Positions 8,806 to 17,699 of a stretch of DNA of 41,740 bases are shown one piece after another. The notes under the pieces are model-generated. The model was not told the DNA's origin and made no database searches. It worked only from the letters and a program-made list of their open reading frames with translations. The stretch is from the IMG/VR virus record IMGVR_UViG_3300005573_000152, positions 1-41,740 of that record; one strand, given 5' to 3'. A program made the position numbers and the translations under genes. Numbering within the stretch: position 1 is the stretch's first letter; each line of letters starts with the position of its first letter. The DNA is from a virus. Its lineage: Duplodnaviria > Caudoviricetes.

Positions 8806-10820
8806 TAAAATTCTCCTACTATGTTCCCTTCAGTTGGGTTTCCAGATTGCCCAGCAGGTGGGGTCTGTTCCCCAGCTTCTTCGGGAGTTGATTTCGGATT
8901 AGCTTGCTGCAGCATCTGTTGCTGCTGCATAGCTTGTTGTATATATTGCAAATGCTCTTGAATATGCGTTTCAAGAGCTTGTTTTTGTGAGTCTGTAAGC
9001 CGAGAATATTGTTCAGATAATCTTAATCTTAAATGTATTTTTAAATGAATTTCGTGGTCATCAAGTTGATAAATAAATTTTGCTTCTTCTTGAGGAAGAA
9101 TAGCTGGGTTCTTTTCAATATCATTATTCTCTCTTAAGGCTTTCTTTTCGTGCATCAATTCTGTTTCGTATAATTGCTTTGCTCCACCAAATTCAAGCAA
9201 TTCCAAAATAAGCTTTGGGTCTTTAAGTAAACCAAGCTGTGCTAAACGAATAACCCACTCTGAACGCATTATTCTGCTTTTGGGTAATGAAACATTTGTA
9301 GTTACCAGCACATCTGTATTATTTCTTAAATCTGCCCCAGCAAAAGCAAATACACTGTCTTGTTTCTCTCTACCAACAATTTTTAGCAATCTTGGCAGAA
9401 CATAATTTTTCTGAACAATCTCAAGAGCATAAGACCACGCTTTTGAGAAAACTGCATCTACTTCTTTTATGATTGGGTCAAGAACACTATCATCCTGTTC
9501 AAGTAATAAATTGACCAATACACCAGAAGCGTGAGAAGCTCTTTCTGGCAATCTTCCAAAACTAACTTCGTGAATTCCGCTAACATTTTCTAAATCTCTT
9601 TCCAATTCCTGCTTGTAAGGAATTGTTAATGGCGGCAAAGTATCCAATCTCAATTGATGTGGTTCACCAAGTTGAGCAGCATAATCAATCACAGTTAATC
9701 CACTCTCATCATAAACCTGATTTTTATTCAGAAGAGCATTAAGTGGAGCAAGAACTTTTATTTTTGATGCTCGTTCAATAGCCAGACTGATTAATGTCAT
9801 TTGTCTATTATATTCGTGTTGAGCAGGAATTAAATCTTTAAAAATGCTATCATTAAAAGCTACTTCTTTCTCATAATTACCAATAGGAATAGTCATATCT
9901 TCATAAGCAAAGAAAGGAATTATTCCATCAGCATTTACACCATAATCCAGAATTTTTCCACCACCAATAATGAAATACATATTTGGTGTCCAAAGTTCAT
10001 ATCTAATAGTAGTATCTTCATCAACTGAAGAAGCTAAAGCAGGATAAAAATCTAATTCTTCCTGTCCTTTTGAAAAAATTACTGGACTGATTATTCCTTG
10101 TGCTAATGCTTTTTCCTGTTTCAATTCACTTACATCAATATCATAAGCATCTGCTAATTCTTCTCTGCTAACCAATTCTCCATACAAAAACCATCTCCAT
10201 TTATCTGGAGAAGAATAAAGCGGGTCGTGGCGATAATTAAAGGGTGATATAACTTCCATATTTATATCGCCCTTTTCTTTAACTATTATCCTATTTGGTT
10301 CTTTGGTTTCTTCGTCTATAACCGTTTCATAACCAATAATTCCTTCTTTTGTTTCATCCCAAAAAACCCTGACGCAAGCCCGATTGGTCAAAAGCAACCA
10401 AGCAAAAAATTCTTTTCTAATTTTTTCAAAATTAACTTTATCTGCTAATGCTTCTAATAATAAATCACCAACTGTAGCTGCCTGAATATCCTCATATTCT
10501 CTGGTATTTGGAACAACGCCAAACTGTGGCTCAATTCCACGAAGCTTACCCAGCATTGTCCGCAATATTGGTTTTAATCTATTAATAAAAACTCTTCTTC
10601 CTTTAAATTTAACAGGCTCAAGTTCTTTTTTAAAAAGATTATAATCAATATGCTGATAACCAGCTACCCAAGCTAAAACTTTATTCCAGCGAGGAAATCT
10701 AACTGAAACATCTGGATGATTGTTCCAGTAAAATTCGGTTCTATTTCTTACAAAATCTAAATCAGCATCAGAGAGCTTGTCTCCATTTAATATCTTTTTT
10801 TCTATCTGATAAAAAGACAT
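8805..10820 (-). CDS. Portal protein
   Basis: 671 aa; INRLKP, ISPFN...DP, IPAQ.EYNR, VSGIHEVS.G...ASG motifs and Gln-rich C-terminus of P22-like portals; follows TerL. Confidence 0.9.
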   Translation of the reverse strand: MSFYQIEKKILNGDKLSDADLDFVRNRTEFYWNNHPDVSVRFPRWNKVLAWVAGYQHIDYNLFKKELEPVKFKGRRVFINRLKPILRTMLGKLRGIEPQFGVVPNTREYEDIQAATVGDLLLEALADKVNFEKIRKEFFAWLLLTNRACVRVFWDETKEGIIGYETVIDEETKEPNRIIVKEKGDINMEVISPFNYRHDPLYSSPDKWRWFLYGELVSREELADAYDIDVSELKQEKALAQGIISPVIFSKGQEELDFYPALASSVDEDTTIRYELWTPNMYFIIGGGKILDYGVNADGIIPFFAYEDMTIPIGNYEKEVAFNDSIFKDLIPAQHEYNRQMTLISLAIERASKIKVLAPLNALLNKNQVYDESGLTVIDYAAQLGEPHQLRLDTLPPLTIPYKQELERDLENVSGIHEVSFGRLPERASHASGVLVNLLLEQDDSVLDPIIKEVDAVFSKAWSYALEIVQKNYVLPRLLKIVGREKQDSVFAFAGADLRNNTDVLVTTNVSLPKSRIMRSEWVIRLAQLGLLKDPKLILELLEFGGAKQLYETELMHEKKALRENNDIEKNPAILPQEEAKFIYQLDDHEIHLKIHLRLRLSEQYSRLTDSQKQALETHIQEHLQYIQQAMQQQQMLQQANPKSTPEEAGEQTPPAGQSGNPTEGNIVGEF

Positions 10821-10821
10821 T

Positions 10822-11055
10822 TTATTTCTCCTCTTCTATTTCACTCCAATCCTCTTCAAATGCCTTTAAATCAATCTTTGGTTTTTCTTCTTCTTCCTCT
10901 TTCTTTTTTTCTTCTTTTTGAATTGGCTGTTCAAGGAGTTTATATTCTGCAAAATTTTTTGCCATTATTCTATTAAGTAAATCTTTTTCTCTTTTCCAAT
11001 GCAAATATTCTAAACCACCAATTAAAACTATTAAACTTACACAAATTATTATCAT
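10822..11055 (-). CDS. Small membrane protein
   Basis: N-terminal hydrophobic helix, DLLNRIMAK motif and acidic tail; between TerL and portal. Confidence 0.65.
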   Translation of the reverse strand: MIIICVSLIVLIGGLEYLHWKREKDLLNRIMAKNFAEYKLLEQPIQKEEKKKEEEEEKPKIDLKAFEEDWSEIEEEK

Positions 11056-11066
11056 AGTTAAATCCT

Positions 11067-12692
11067 TTATTCTAAATCATCACCCAATAAATTTGTGGGT
11101 TTATTCCATCCCTCGCTTTCCCAAAATATACGCTCTCTTTCAGCAAATGAATTAGCATCATAAGAAGTTATATATTGCTTTTTAGGTTCGGCTGGATTAG
11201 GAAAAACCACACAATCAAGAATATAAGCTAAAGCATCTACAATATCATCATATCTGGTTCGTCCAAAGAAAAGAATTTCATTTAATAAATCTTCATAACC
11301 AATTGGGGGAAGAAGAATTTTTCCACTTTCAAACCAACCTGTCAAATTTTTCACCCGCAATTCTTTTGGTCTATTTTTAGGCTTTAATGGAAATAAAATA
11401 TTTGGTATGCATTTAGCATAAGCTTCACTTCCCTTTGGAAGTTTTCCTTGCCTGATTAATTGTGGTAATAAAAAAGAACATAAATCTCTATAAACTTCAT
11501 ATTTGGTTTCTTCTATTCCAATGTAAATTGGTTGATAAAGTGAAGCAAGATTTATCATTTGCTCTACAGCCTTTAAATCTGTTTCTTTGTTGCTTTTAGC
11601 ATAAATTACATACAAATTTTTATCCGCTCCAGCATCAATTACAACCATACCTGTTTTATCACTTCCAGCGGTTTCTTTACCAGATGGGTCAATAAGCATA
11701 TAAGTATTTCTTATTTCTGGTAATTCTCCTCGTCTCCAATGCTGTATCCAGCTTCTTTTAAAAATCGCTGTAGAGTCAGAAATTGGGTCATTTAAATACT
11801 GACCAAAGAAAAATTCTGCCTGCTGTTCTTTTATTTTTTTCAATTTACTTTCTGGGAATAAAATAGGAAATGTTGAACCTTTTTCATTTACTGGGTCTTC
11901 CCAGCAAGAAATCCTTAAATAATGATAATTATCTTTATGGGTCTCAACTATTGGTTTGTTTCTGTGTTCATTATAAGTCTCTATAGTAAAACCAAAAAAT
12001 TGATTTAGAAGATAACCATATAAGTCATCATTATCATAACGAGTTCCAATTATAATTTCTGTTCCTCTACTTTCAAGCAAAGAACGAGATAACTTCCACC
12101 AGTCAATAGTTTTATTAATCTGTTCTGGTGTAGAACAATTTTCCTTGTTAACTAAATCATCATTGATTAACAAAGAATAATGCTTTGACACCAAGTTTCC
12201 TTCTACTGAACCAGTTTCAACCAAAGTATTTTTAAGCTCTATTTCTTCCAGCGTCCAGCGACCAGCCTGCTTCTCTGGGTCTCTTGGAATTTCTGGAAAT
12301 AAATCCCTCAACAATTCATTATGCTCAAAATTATATTTAATTTTCTTCAAGAACATTTTAGCATTGGATAAAGTAGCATTTGATAAAAGAATTGTCTCTC
12401 CTTTTCTATTCGAATTAACCAATCCATTTAAAATAATTTGAACAATAAATCCAACACTAATAATATAACTTTTTAACCAGCCTCTTGGACAGAGAACAAC
12501 TAAATTCTGCTCTGGAAGAGTTCCATATCTCTGAACAAACTGCGTAATGATTTTATGTGTTGGCTTATACATATCCTTAAAGCCATTGGTTGGGTCTTCC
12601 AGAGTTTGCAAAACAACTCTACATAAAAAGTATAAATCAGTAAGGCATTTTTCTCGCCAGAAATCAATCTGGCTTAAATCTTTTATAGACAT
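11067..12692 (-). CDS. terL: Terminase large subunit
   Basis: PRGWLKS Walker-A-like motif, HY..LINDDLV Walker B, IIIGTRY coupling motif, GQYLNDP linker and nuclease motifs IDPS, SDKTG, DDIVDAL. Confidence 0.93.
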   Translation of the reverse strand: MSIKDLSQIDFWREKCLTDLYFLCRVVLQTLEDPTNGFKDMYKPTHKIITQFVQRYGTLPEQNLVVLCPRGWLKSYIISVGFIVQIILNGLVNSNRKGETILLSNATLSNAKMFLKKIKYNFEHNELLRDLFPEIPRDPEKQAGRWTLEEIELKNTLVETGSVEGNLVSKHYSLLINDDLVNKENCSTPEQINKTIDWWKLSRSLLESRGTEIIIGTRYDNDDLYGYLLNQFFGFTIETYNEHRNKPIVETHKDNYHYLRISCWEDPVNEKGSTFPILFPESKLKKIKEQQAEFFFGQYLNDPISDSTAIFKRSWIQHWRRGELPEIRNTYMLIDPSGKETAGSDKTGMVVIDAGADKNLYVIYAKSNKETDLKAVEQMINLASLYQPIYIGIEETKYEVYRDLCSFLLPQLIRQGKLPKGSEAYAKCIPNILFPLKPKNRPKELRVKNLTGWFESGKILLPPIGYEDLLNEILFFGRTRYDDIVDALAYILDCVVFPNPAEPKKQYITSYDANSFAERERIFWESEGWNKPTNLLGDDLE

Positions 12693-12907
12693 CAGCCCAT
12701 CCGAGCTTCTTTCAATGACTTTTTAGCTCTGCTTCTTAATCTTCGTAAAGTTATAGCCAATCTGGCACGGCGACCAAGTGTTCCACCCTTTTTGGCAGCT
12801 TCTTCTAATTTTGATTGAGGAATTGTCTGTCCTTCTTTTACACCAAGCTCTTTACGCAAAGCACCTTTATGCTTTATTGCTTTTTGTATCCACTTTTCTG
12901 CCATCAT
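12692..12907 (-). CDS. Small basic conserved phage protein
   Basis: KWIQKAIKHKGAL..LGV..G..IP..KL..AA..G..G.RARLA.TL; strongly basic. Confidence 0.75.
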   Translation of the reverse strand: MMAEKWIQKAIKHKGALRKELGVKEGQTIPQSKLEEAAKKGGTLGRRARLAITLRRLRSRAKKSLKEARMG

Positions 12908-13406
12908 TATTCTCCTTTTGCTCTGGGAGCATTTTTATTTCTTCTGCATCTATAATTTCAGCATCAACCAACCCTTTTGCTAATTCTGGTGTAATAACCA
13001 GAACAAGCTCCCGTTGGGTATGAACTTCTTTAGTTTCTGTATCATATGCCCCAGAAACTTTTAATGCTTTATCTAAATATTGCCCTCTTGTAAAATAATC
13101 TGGCTCATTTTCTTGAACAACCTTTCCCTTTGAACTATATTTTTTAGGATAGGTTGCTTCCAAGCCTTCTTTTAATTTCTGGGCAATATATCCACTATTA
13201 ATCCCCACCCTATCCATTGCTTCTAAAATAGCTTGCCTGATATGCTCTCTTTTCAAAAGAGCTGAACCATATTCACGATTAGCATATCCAGCAGCCAAAG
13301 CAGCTTTTCCAATCTGCTCATATTCCAATACTTTTTTTACAAATTTCTTTTCTCTGGCAGTCAAAGGAGTTTTATTTTTAACTGGTAAACTTTTAGGTCT
13401 CCTCAT
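12867..13406 (-). CDS. terS: Terminase small subunit (putative)
   Basis: LT.REKKFV...AALAAGY....GS.LL...HI HTH-like motif characteristic of TerS; upstream of TerL. Start taken as MRRPK at 13406. Confidence 0.75.
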   Translation of the reverse strand: MRRPKSLPVKNKTPLTAREKKFVKKVLEYEQIGKAALAAGYANREYGSALLKREHIRQAILEAMDRVGINSGYIAQKLKEGLEATYPKKYSSKGKVVQENEPDYFTRGQYLDKALKVSGAYDTETKEVHTQRELVLVITPELAKGLVDAEIIDAEEIKMLPEQKENNDGRKVDTKSNKA

Positions 13407-13683
13407 TTTCCACCCCAAAATTTGCCTCTTGTAAACTTTGTTTAACTTTCTTTTTTAATTTCTTTTCCCTATACTCTCGCTCTATTTCTTGTAGAAGAGC
13501 TAACCTATCCTGCAAATCATTTACTTCAGTCTCATCAGACTCCCAGTTACCTTTCATTGCTGCTTTAATCCTTTTTTGAACTTTTAGTTGTTCAGCTTTA
13601 ACATCATCCAAAGTTGGAAACTGCTCTATTAACTTCTGTTTTTCTTCTTCTCTTTTCTTTTTTTCTTCTTCGGTATAGTCCAT
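13393..13683 (-). CDS. Hypothetical coiled-coil protein
   Basis: Start MDYTEE at 13683 with AAGGAG RBS. Confidence 0.65.
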   Translation of the reverse strand: MDYTEEEKKKREEEKQKLIEQFPTLDDVKAEQLKVQKRIKAAMKGNWESDETEVNDLQDRLALLQEIEREYREKKLKKKVKQSLQEANFGVENEET

Positions 13684-13693
13684 TTTATTCTCC

Positions 13694-14296
13694 TTATTTT
13701 GTGAGAAGACAAATAACTGCAATAGCTGCCCACGCAACCAAGCTTGTTTTTACTACAAAGCTGGTTGATTTATTTGTCTTATAAAGGTCTCTAAAAGCTG
13801 CCTCCAATCTCAATCTTGAAGCCAGTTCAAGTTCATACTTATTTTTATACTGGTTACTTAAATCCAATTGAGCATTATACTGTTGAGTTAAATTAAAAAT
13901 AATTTCATCTTTATTAGCCAATTCTTTTTGAGCCAAGCTAAATTTTTCTTTCCATAATTTTACTTGTTCTTGAAGATTGGCAATCATTGCATCTTTATCA
14001 GTCAATTCTGTAAACTGTTTTTCCAATTGGTCGGCTTTTTTGTCAAGTTCTGTTTGCTGTTGAGACAATTCTTTTGATTTTTCTTCAAGTTCTTTTTGCT
14101 GTTCTTTATATTTCTCCAGAATTTCTTCTTTTTCTTTTATAATTTTTTCAGCTTCTGTTTTAGCTTCTATTTCTGCTTTTTTAATTTCAATCAATTCTCC
14201 TTTTAAATTCACAATCTGATTTCGTAAATAAATAATATAACCAGAAAAAGCTAAAGATAGACAAAGAAAAATTATCAGAGCAGTTTTTAATTTCAT
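13694..14296 (-). CDS. Coiled-coil protein with hydrophobic helices at both ends (possibly spanin-like)
   Basis: N-terminal TM/signal segment, long heptad-rich body, C-terminal hydrophobic segment. Confidence 0.55.
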   Translation of the reverse strand: MKLKTALIIFLCLSLAFSGYIIYLRNQIVNLKGELIEIKKAEIEAKTEAEKIIKEKEEILEKYKEQQKELEEKSKELSQQQTELDKKADQLEKQFTELTDKDAMIANLQEQVKLWKEKFSLAQKELANKDEIIFNLTQQYNAQLDLSNQYKNKYELELASRLRLEAAFRDLYKTNKSTSFVVKTSLVAWAAIAVICLLTK

Positions 14297-14949
14297 TTCA
14301 AGAATTCCTTAATTTTATCAAGAGTTGTTCCATATCCGAAATAAGTTGTTTGTTTTGTTTCTGCAGTTGTTACAATCATAAGACTTTGCATTATTCCAAT
14401 TAACTGTCCTTTTAAATTAAAAATTCCACCACCACTATCACCATAATAAGCAGGGAAAATAAAAATTCCTTTAGGAGCTTCAACATATTTTATAAAGCGT
14501 AAAACAGGAAGGCTAATGCTTGGAAAACCTATAACAAAAATATCATCTCCTAATTCTGGGACTTGTGAAGCAATTTCAACTGGTTGGGTTTCTTCTGGAA
14601 TTGATGGAATAGATAATAAAACCAAATCAAGTTTTCTATCAAGTTTTATAATTTTAACATCAGTAATTTTAGTTTTATTGTCTGAAAAAGATATTGTAAT
14701 TATACCATTAGCAGGAACACCATCAAATAAATGAGCAACAGTTAAAACTTTAGTTGGACTGATAATTACACCACCTGTTCTATTGGCATCTGAATAATTT
14801 TCACCAAAAGTATTTACCTGTTTCACTTCATAGGTAATCATAACAATTGCTCTTGCAGCATTACTAACACCATTGGTAATAGAAGCAGGCAAATTTAGAG
14901 ATAAAATAACAAGTGAGAATAACAGAGTAAAGATAAAGGCTTTTTTCAT
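14293..14949 (-). CDS. Secreted trypsin-like (S1) serine protease
   Basis: Signal peptide MKKAFIFTLLFSLVILS (start 14949, GAGG RBS); intact triad motifs LTVAH, LDLVLL and GDSGG. Confidence 0.85.
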   Translation of the reverse strand: MKKAFIFTLLFSLVILSLNLPASITNGVSNAARAIVMITYEVKQVNTFGENYSDANRTGGVIISPTKVLTVAHLFDGVPANGIITISFSDNKTKITDVKIIKLDRKLDLVLLSIPSIPEETQPVEIASQVPELGDDIFVIGFPSISLPVLRFIKYVEAPKGIFIFPAYYGDSGGGIFNLKGQLIGIMQSLMIVTTAETKQTTYFGYGTTLDKIKEFLK

Positions 14950-15045
14950 AGCACGCCTCAAGATTAGTGGCTGACCCCCACCCCTGTCATAATGATTGCC
15001 ACTATAACCACCCACTAAATATAGCTCTTCTCCCACTATACTTAT

Positions 15046-15074
15046 ATTATATCATATTTTTTAGCTTTTGTCAA
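15046..15074 (-). promoter_or_regulatory. Sigma70-type promoter
   Basis: TTGACA-17 bp-TATAAT with extended TG, on the minus strand. Confidence 0.85.
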
Positions 15075-15234
15075 GTTCTTCTTCATCAACGGCTATATTC
15101 AAGTTTTCAAGAAGTCTGGCAACACCTTCTATAGTTGCGGCATAATAAGTTTTATCCTGATTGATTTGCAACAACCAACCGTTCTCAATTTTAAGAATTA
15201 AAGCCTGTTTAATCTTGTTAATCTTATCGTTCAT
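15061..15234 (-). CDS. Hypothetical protein, 57 aa (not in ORF track)
   Basis: MNDKINKIKQALILKIENGWLLQ...LDKS; AAGGAG RBS, ATGA overlap with the upstream gene. Confidence 0.65.
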   Translation of the reverse strand: MNDKINKIKQALILKIENGWLLQINQDKTYYAATIEGVARLLENLNIAVDEEELDKS

Positions 15235-15440
15235 TTTAACTCCTTTTTAATTTCTTCTAAAATTGTTGCAATTCTGTCAAGCCTTTCATTAAGTTTATGA
15301 AGTTCTTCAGCAATATCTTTTTTATCAACAGGAGGATAATTTGTGTCATATTGAGGATATACTGGTGTCATAAAATAGGGAATTCCTGCTGTAGAAATTC
15401 CAGAATTATCATAATATTCTTTTGCCATAATTAGTGCCAA
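15231..15440 (-). CDS. Hypothetical protein
   Basis: About 66-69 aa with C-terminal coiled coil; packed in the operon. Confidence 0.6.
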   Translation of the reverse strand: MALIMAKEYYDNSGISTAGIPYFMTPVYPQYDTNYPPVDKKDIAEELHKLNERLDRIATILEEIKKELK

Positions 15441-15799
15441 TCTGATACAGTTTTTCTGGTAGCCTTCATCATAAACGGAACAATAAGAGCCAGCATAGAA
15501 GCAATAACAGAAAGTAAATCTTGAGAAATAGTAACATTAAAAGCATTTAGCACAGGAAGAATAACAGAAGTAATTAAAGCCATCCAGAACGCTGGGTCGC
15601 TCCACTTATTCCACTGCTTGACATTATTAAGAAAATCATCTTTATCCTGTTTAAATTCAGTGAATATCCACACTGAAAGAATTAGGATAGCACCAATGAT
15701 GTTCGCTGGGTCAATCTGGGAAACTAAATGAAGTTTTACACCAAATAACCCAAACAAAGCAATCAGTGCAGTAATAATTGCACTAAAAATCTTTCTCAT
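15431..15799 (-). CDS. Holin-like multi-pass membrane protein
   Basis: 122 aa, about four hydrophobic segments, KW..PAFW.AL motif and basic C-terminus; near the endolysin. Confidence 0.55.
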   Translation of the reverse strand: MRKIFSAIITALIALFGLFGVKLHLVSQIDPANIIGAILILSVWIFTEFKQDKDDFLNNVKQWNKWSDPAFWMALITSVILPVLNAFNVTISQDLLSVIASMLALIVPFMMKATRKTVSDWH

Positions 15800-15972
15800 T
15801 GCTTTTCTCCTTTTATTCCAGTAAATTTTATAAGCACATTTTTTGTGCTAAAAATTTTTTCAAAAGTTTTCTGCCCACATTTAGGACAGATGATACTATT
15901 CTCCAATGGTTTATCAGAGCGTTTATCACGCTCTTCATAACCACAATTTTTACACTTGAAATCATAAATCAT
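15796..15972 (-). CDS. FmdB-like zinc-ribbon protein
   Basis: MIYDFKCKNCG...CPKCG...KIFS...F.G; start at 15972. Confidence 0.8.
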   Translation of the reverse strand: MIYDFKCKNCGYEERDKRSDKPLENSIICPKCGQKTFEKIFSTKNVLIKFTGIKGEKQ

Positions 15973-16189
15973 TTTTCCCTTCTCTCCTATCATAAAAATT
16001 TTGTTCCACAGGAACAATAATATCAAGAGCATAATCTACACAGGATTTAAAATTACCAACATAGACAGACAGATTTTCTTTCCCATCAACCCCACCCTTT
16101 AGCTTAACTATATATCTTCCCTTTTCAATAGGTAAAATAGCCACTGATTTAATGTTAAATTTCATTATTTTCTTTTTCATTGTTTTCAA
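15962..16189 (-). CDS. Hypothetical protein
   Basis: 75-aa ORF overlapping both neighbours in operon fashion. Confidence 0.55.
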   Translation of the reverse strand: MKTMKKKIMKFNIKSVAILPIEKGRYIVKLKGGVDGKENLSVYVGNFKSCVDYALDIIVPVEQNFYDRREGKNDL

Positions 16190-16410
16190 TAATAAAAATT
16201 TTTAAGTCCCTCTTCTTTTTTCCAGAAGAGATTATATCCAATTAATTTTTCAATATCTTCTTCAGTATAATTTTCCAGAATAAATTCAACATATTTTCCT
16301 TCATTTGAAACCCACTCGGTTCTTCTAATAGCATTTTTAAATTTTTCTCTAAATCCTTCCTCATTATAATAAGGAACTAAAACTCTTACAATAATTACTG
16401 GCATAGTCAT
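16186..16410 (-). CDS. Hypothetical protein
   Basis: 74-aa ORF coupled to the RNA ligase stop. Confidence 0.55.
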   Translation of the reverse strand: MTMPVIIVRVLVPYYNEEGFREKFKNAIRRTEWVSNEGKYVEFILENYTEEDIEKLIGYNLFWKKEEGLKNFYY

Positions 16411-17063
16411 TTTACTCTAAAATCCTTTGTCTTTAATTTAAAAATTACTCTATTTCCATTTCTGTCATAAAATGGGCTTCTGGCTACGACTCCTTCTGCT
16501 GGCACATCTGTTTTATTACTATCTTCTTTGGCAACAGCAGAAGTAAAACCATATTTAACCGTTAACATAATTTCCCCTAAAGTTGCTTCTCCAAGAAAAG
16601 GAACTGTATTTATCTCTAACTTTTGAGCAAACTTTTCTACATCTTCCCAATCAAGCCAGACTATTCTGTTATGGTAAAAAATGGCAACATCAAAAAGTCT
16701 GAAAGAAACATCATTTCTATAAAGCTCACCAGCTTTCTGAATTCCTTTTCCATATCCTTCACCAAATAAAATTATTGGATATTTTTCATCCGATACCCAT
16801 AATTGCTGCATTTTTTCTTTAGTAAAAGTTTTTGTCAAATAATTAACAAGCGGTTGGGGAATTTGAGAATTTTCTTTCCTTCCATAAAAATTTACTTCTC
16901 CATTTTCAGTCAACTCAACTCTAATATTTGTCCCATCTATTTTCTCTGTTACCTGCCAATATTTTACTACTGGAAATAATGGATTTTTATAATTTCCTTC
17001 AATAACTACTCCTCTTGCATCTCTATTATAAAGAGTTTCTATCTTGGGATAAGTAAGAGTCAT
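16407..17063 (-). CDS. RNA ligase (Rnl2-like nucleotidyltransferase domain)
   Basis: YPKI, TEKIDGTN (motif I), LFGEGYG, FRLFDV, EGVVAR and FKLK motifs. Confidence 0.85.
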   Translation of the reverse strand: MTLTYPKIETLYNRDARGVVIEGNYKNPLFPVVKYWQVTEKIDGTNIRVELTENGEVNFYGRKENSQIPQPLVNYLTKTFTKEKMQQLWVSDEKYPIILFGEGYGKGIQKAGELYRNDVSFRLFDVAIFYHNRIVWLDWEDVEKFAQKLEINTVPFLGEATLGEIMLTVKYGFTSAVAKEDSNKTDVPAEGVVARSPFYDRNGNRVIFKLKTKDFRVK

Positions 17064-17083
17064 CTTTATCCTCCATTATAATT

Positions 17084-17112
17084 ATTATACTACTTTTTAT
17101 TGTCTTTGTCAA
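17084..17112 (-). promoter_or_regulatory. Sigma70-type promoter
   Basis: TTGACA-17-TATAAT upstream of the RNA ligase RBS (GGAGG). Confidence 0.85.
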
Positions 17113-17192
17113 GTCCCTTTTTGTCTTGCCACTTTTTTCTTGAATTTTCTGCCTATCAAATTATACATTTTTGTTCTCCATCATAGATTATA

Positions 17193-17651
17193 TTATTTTT
17201 TATCAGTAACTGATGATAGAAATAGTTCCTTTTCTGCCTTTCTTCTGTTTATCAAACCTTCAACAGGTTTCCCATTAACATATATCCATCTATCAAATTC
17301 TTGTGCAACTTCTTCTAATGGCTTACCTTCATTTAGCTTCTTTAAAAAAGTAGAATAACTAAAACTAAATAACCCAATATTATAGATAAAACTTAAAATA
17401 GCCGCCCATTGATTTTCATTAAGTTCTCTTTCCACCAAAGGTTCTGCTTTATAAAAGAGATAAATAATATCTTTTCTCAATAAATTTTCTGCTTCTTCTT
17501 TGGTTATGGTTTTAAATTTTTCTCCAAGTTTTAAAGCGTGTCCATAACCAATGGTTGGAATACCACCAATATCAGCATAGACTTTATCTCTAAATCCTTC
17601 AACTGTCTTTAAAAATTCTACTGCCATATCAATAATTAATTTCTTATCCAT
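17193..17651 (-). CDS. Endolysin, GH24 lysozyme
   Basis: EG.R.K.Y.D.GG.PTIGYGH catalytic E-D-T motif, SF.YN.G, GL.NRR.AE..LF. Confidence 0.93.
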   Translation of the reverse strand: MDKKLIIDMAVEFLKTVEGFRDKVYADIGGIPTIGYGHALKLGEKFKTITKEEAENLLRKDIIYLFYKAEPLVERELNENQWAAILSFIYNIGLFSFSYSTFLKKLNEGKPLEEVAQEFDRWIYVNGKPVEGLINRRKAEKELFLSSVTDKK

Positions 17652-17670
17652 TGCTTACCTCCATATTATC

Positions 17671-17699
17671 ATTATAGCATATCGAAAAGAATATGTCAA
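17671..17699 (-). promoter_or_regulatory. Sigma70-type promoter
   Basis: TTGACA-17-TATAAT with TATG extension, directly upstream of the endolysin RBS (GGAGG). Confidence 0.85.

Noticed and set aside
14950-15045. tRNA or G-quadruplex in the G-rich leader
   Set aside because: No cloverleaf or T-loop motif, and the G-runs are separated by long loops; kept only as a possible structured leader.
17109-17168. 19-aa basic peptide MYNLIGRKFKKKVARQKGT on the minus strand with a GGAG upstream
   Set aside because: Too short to support without conservation or translation data.
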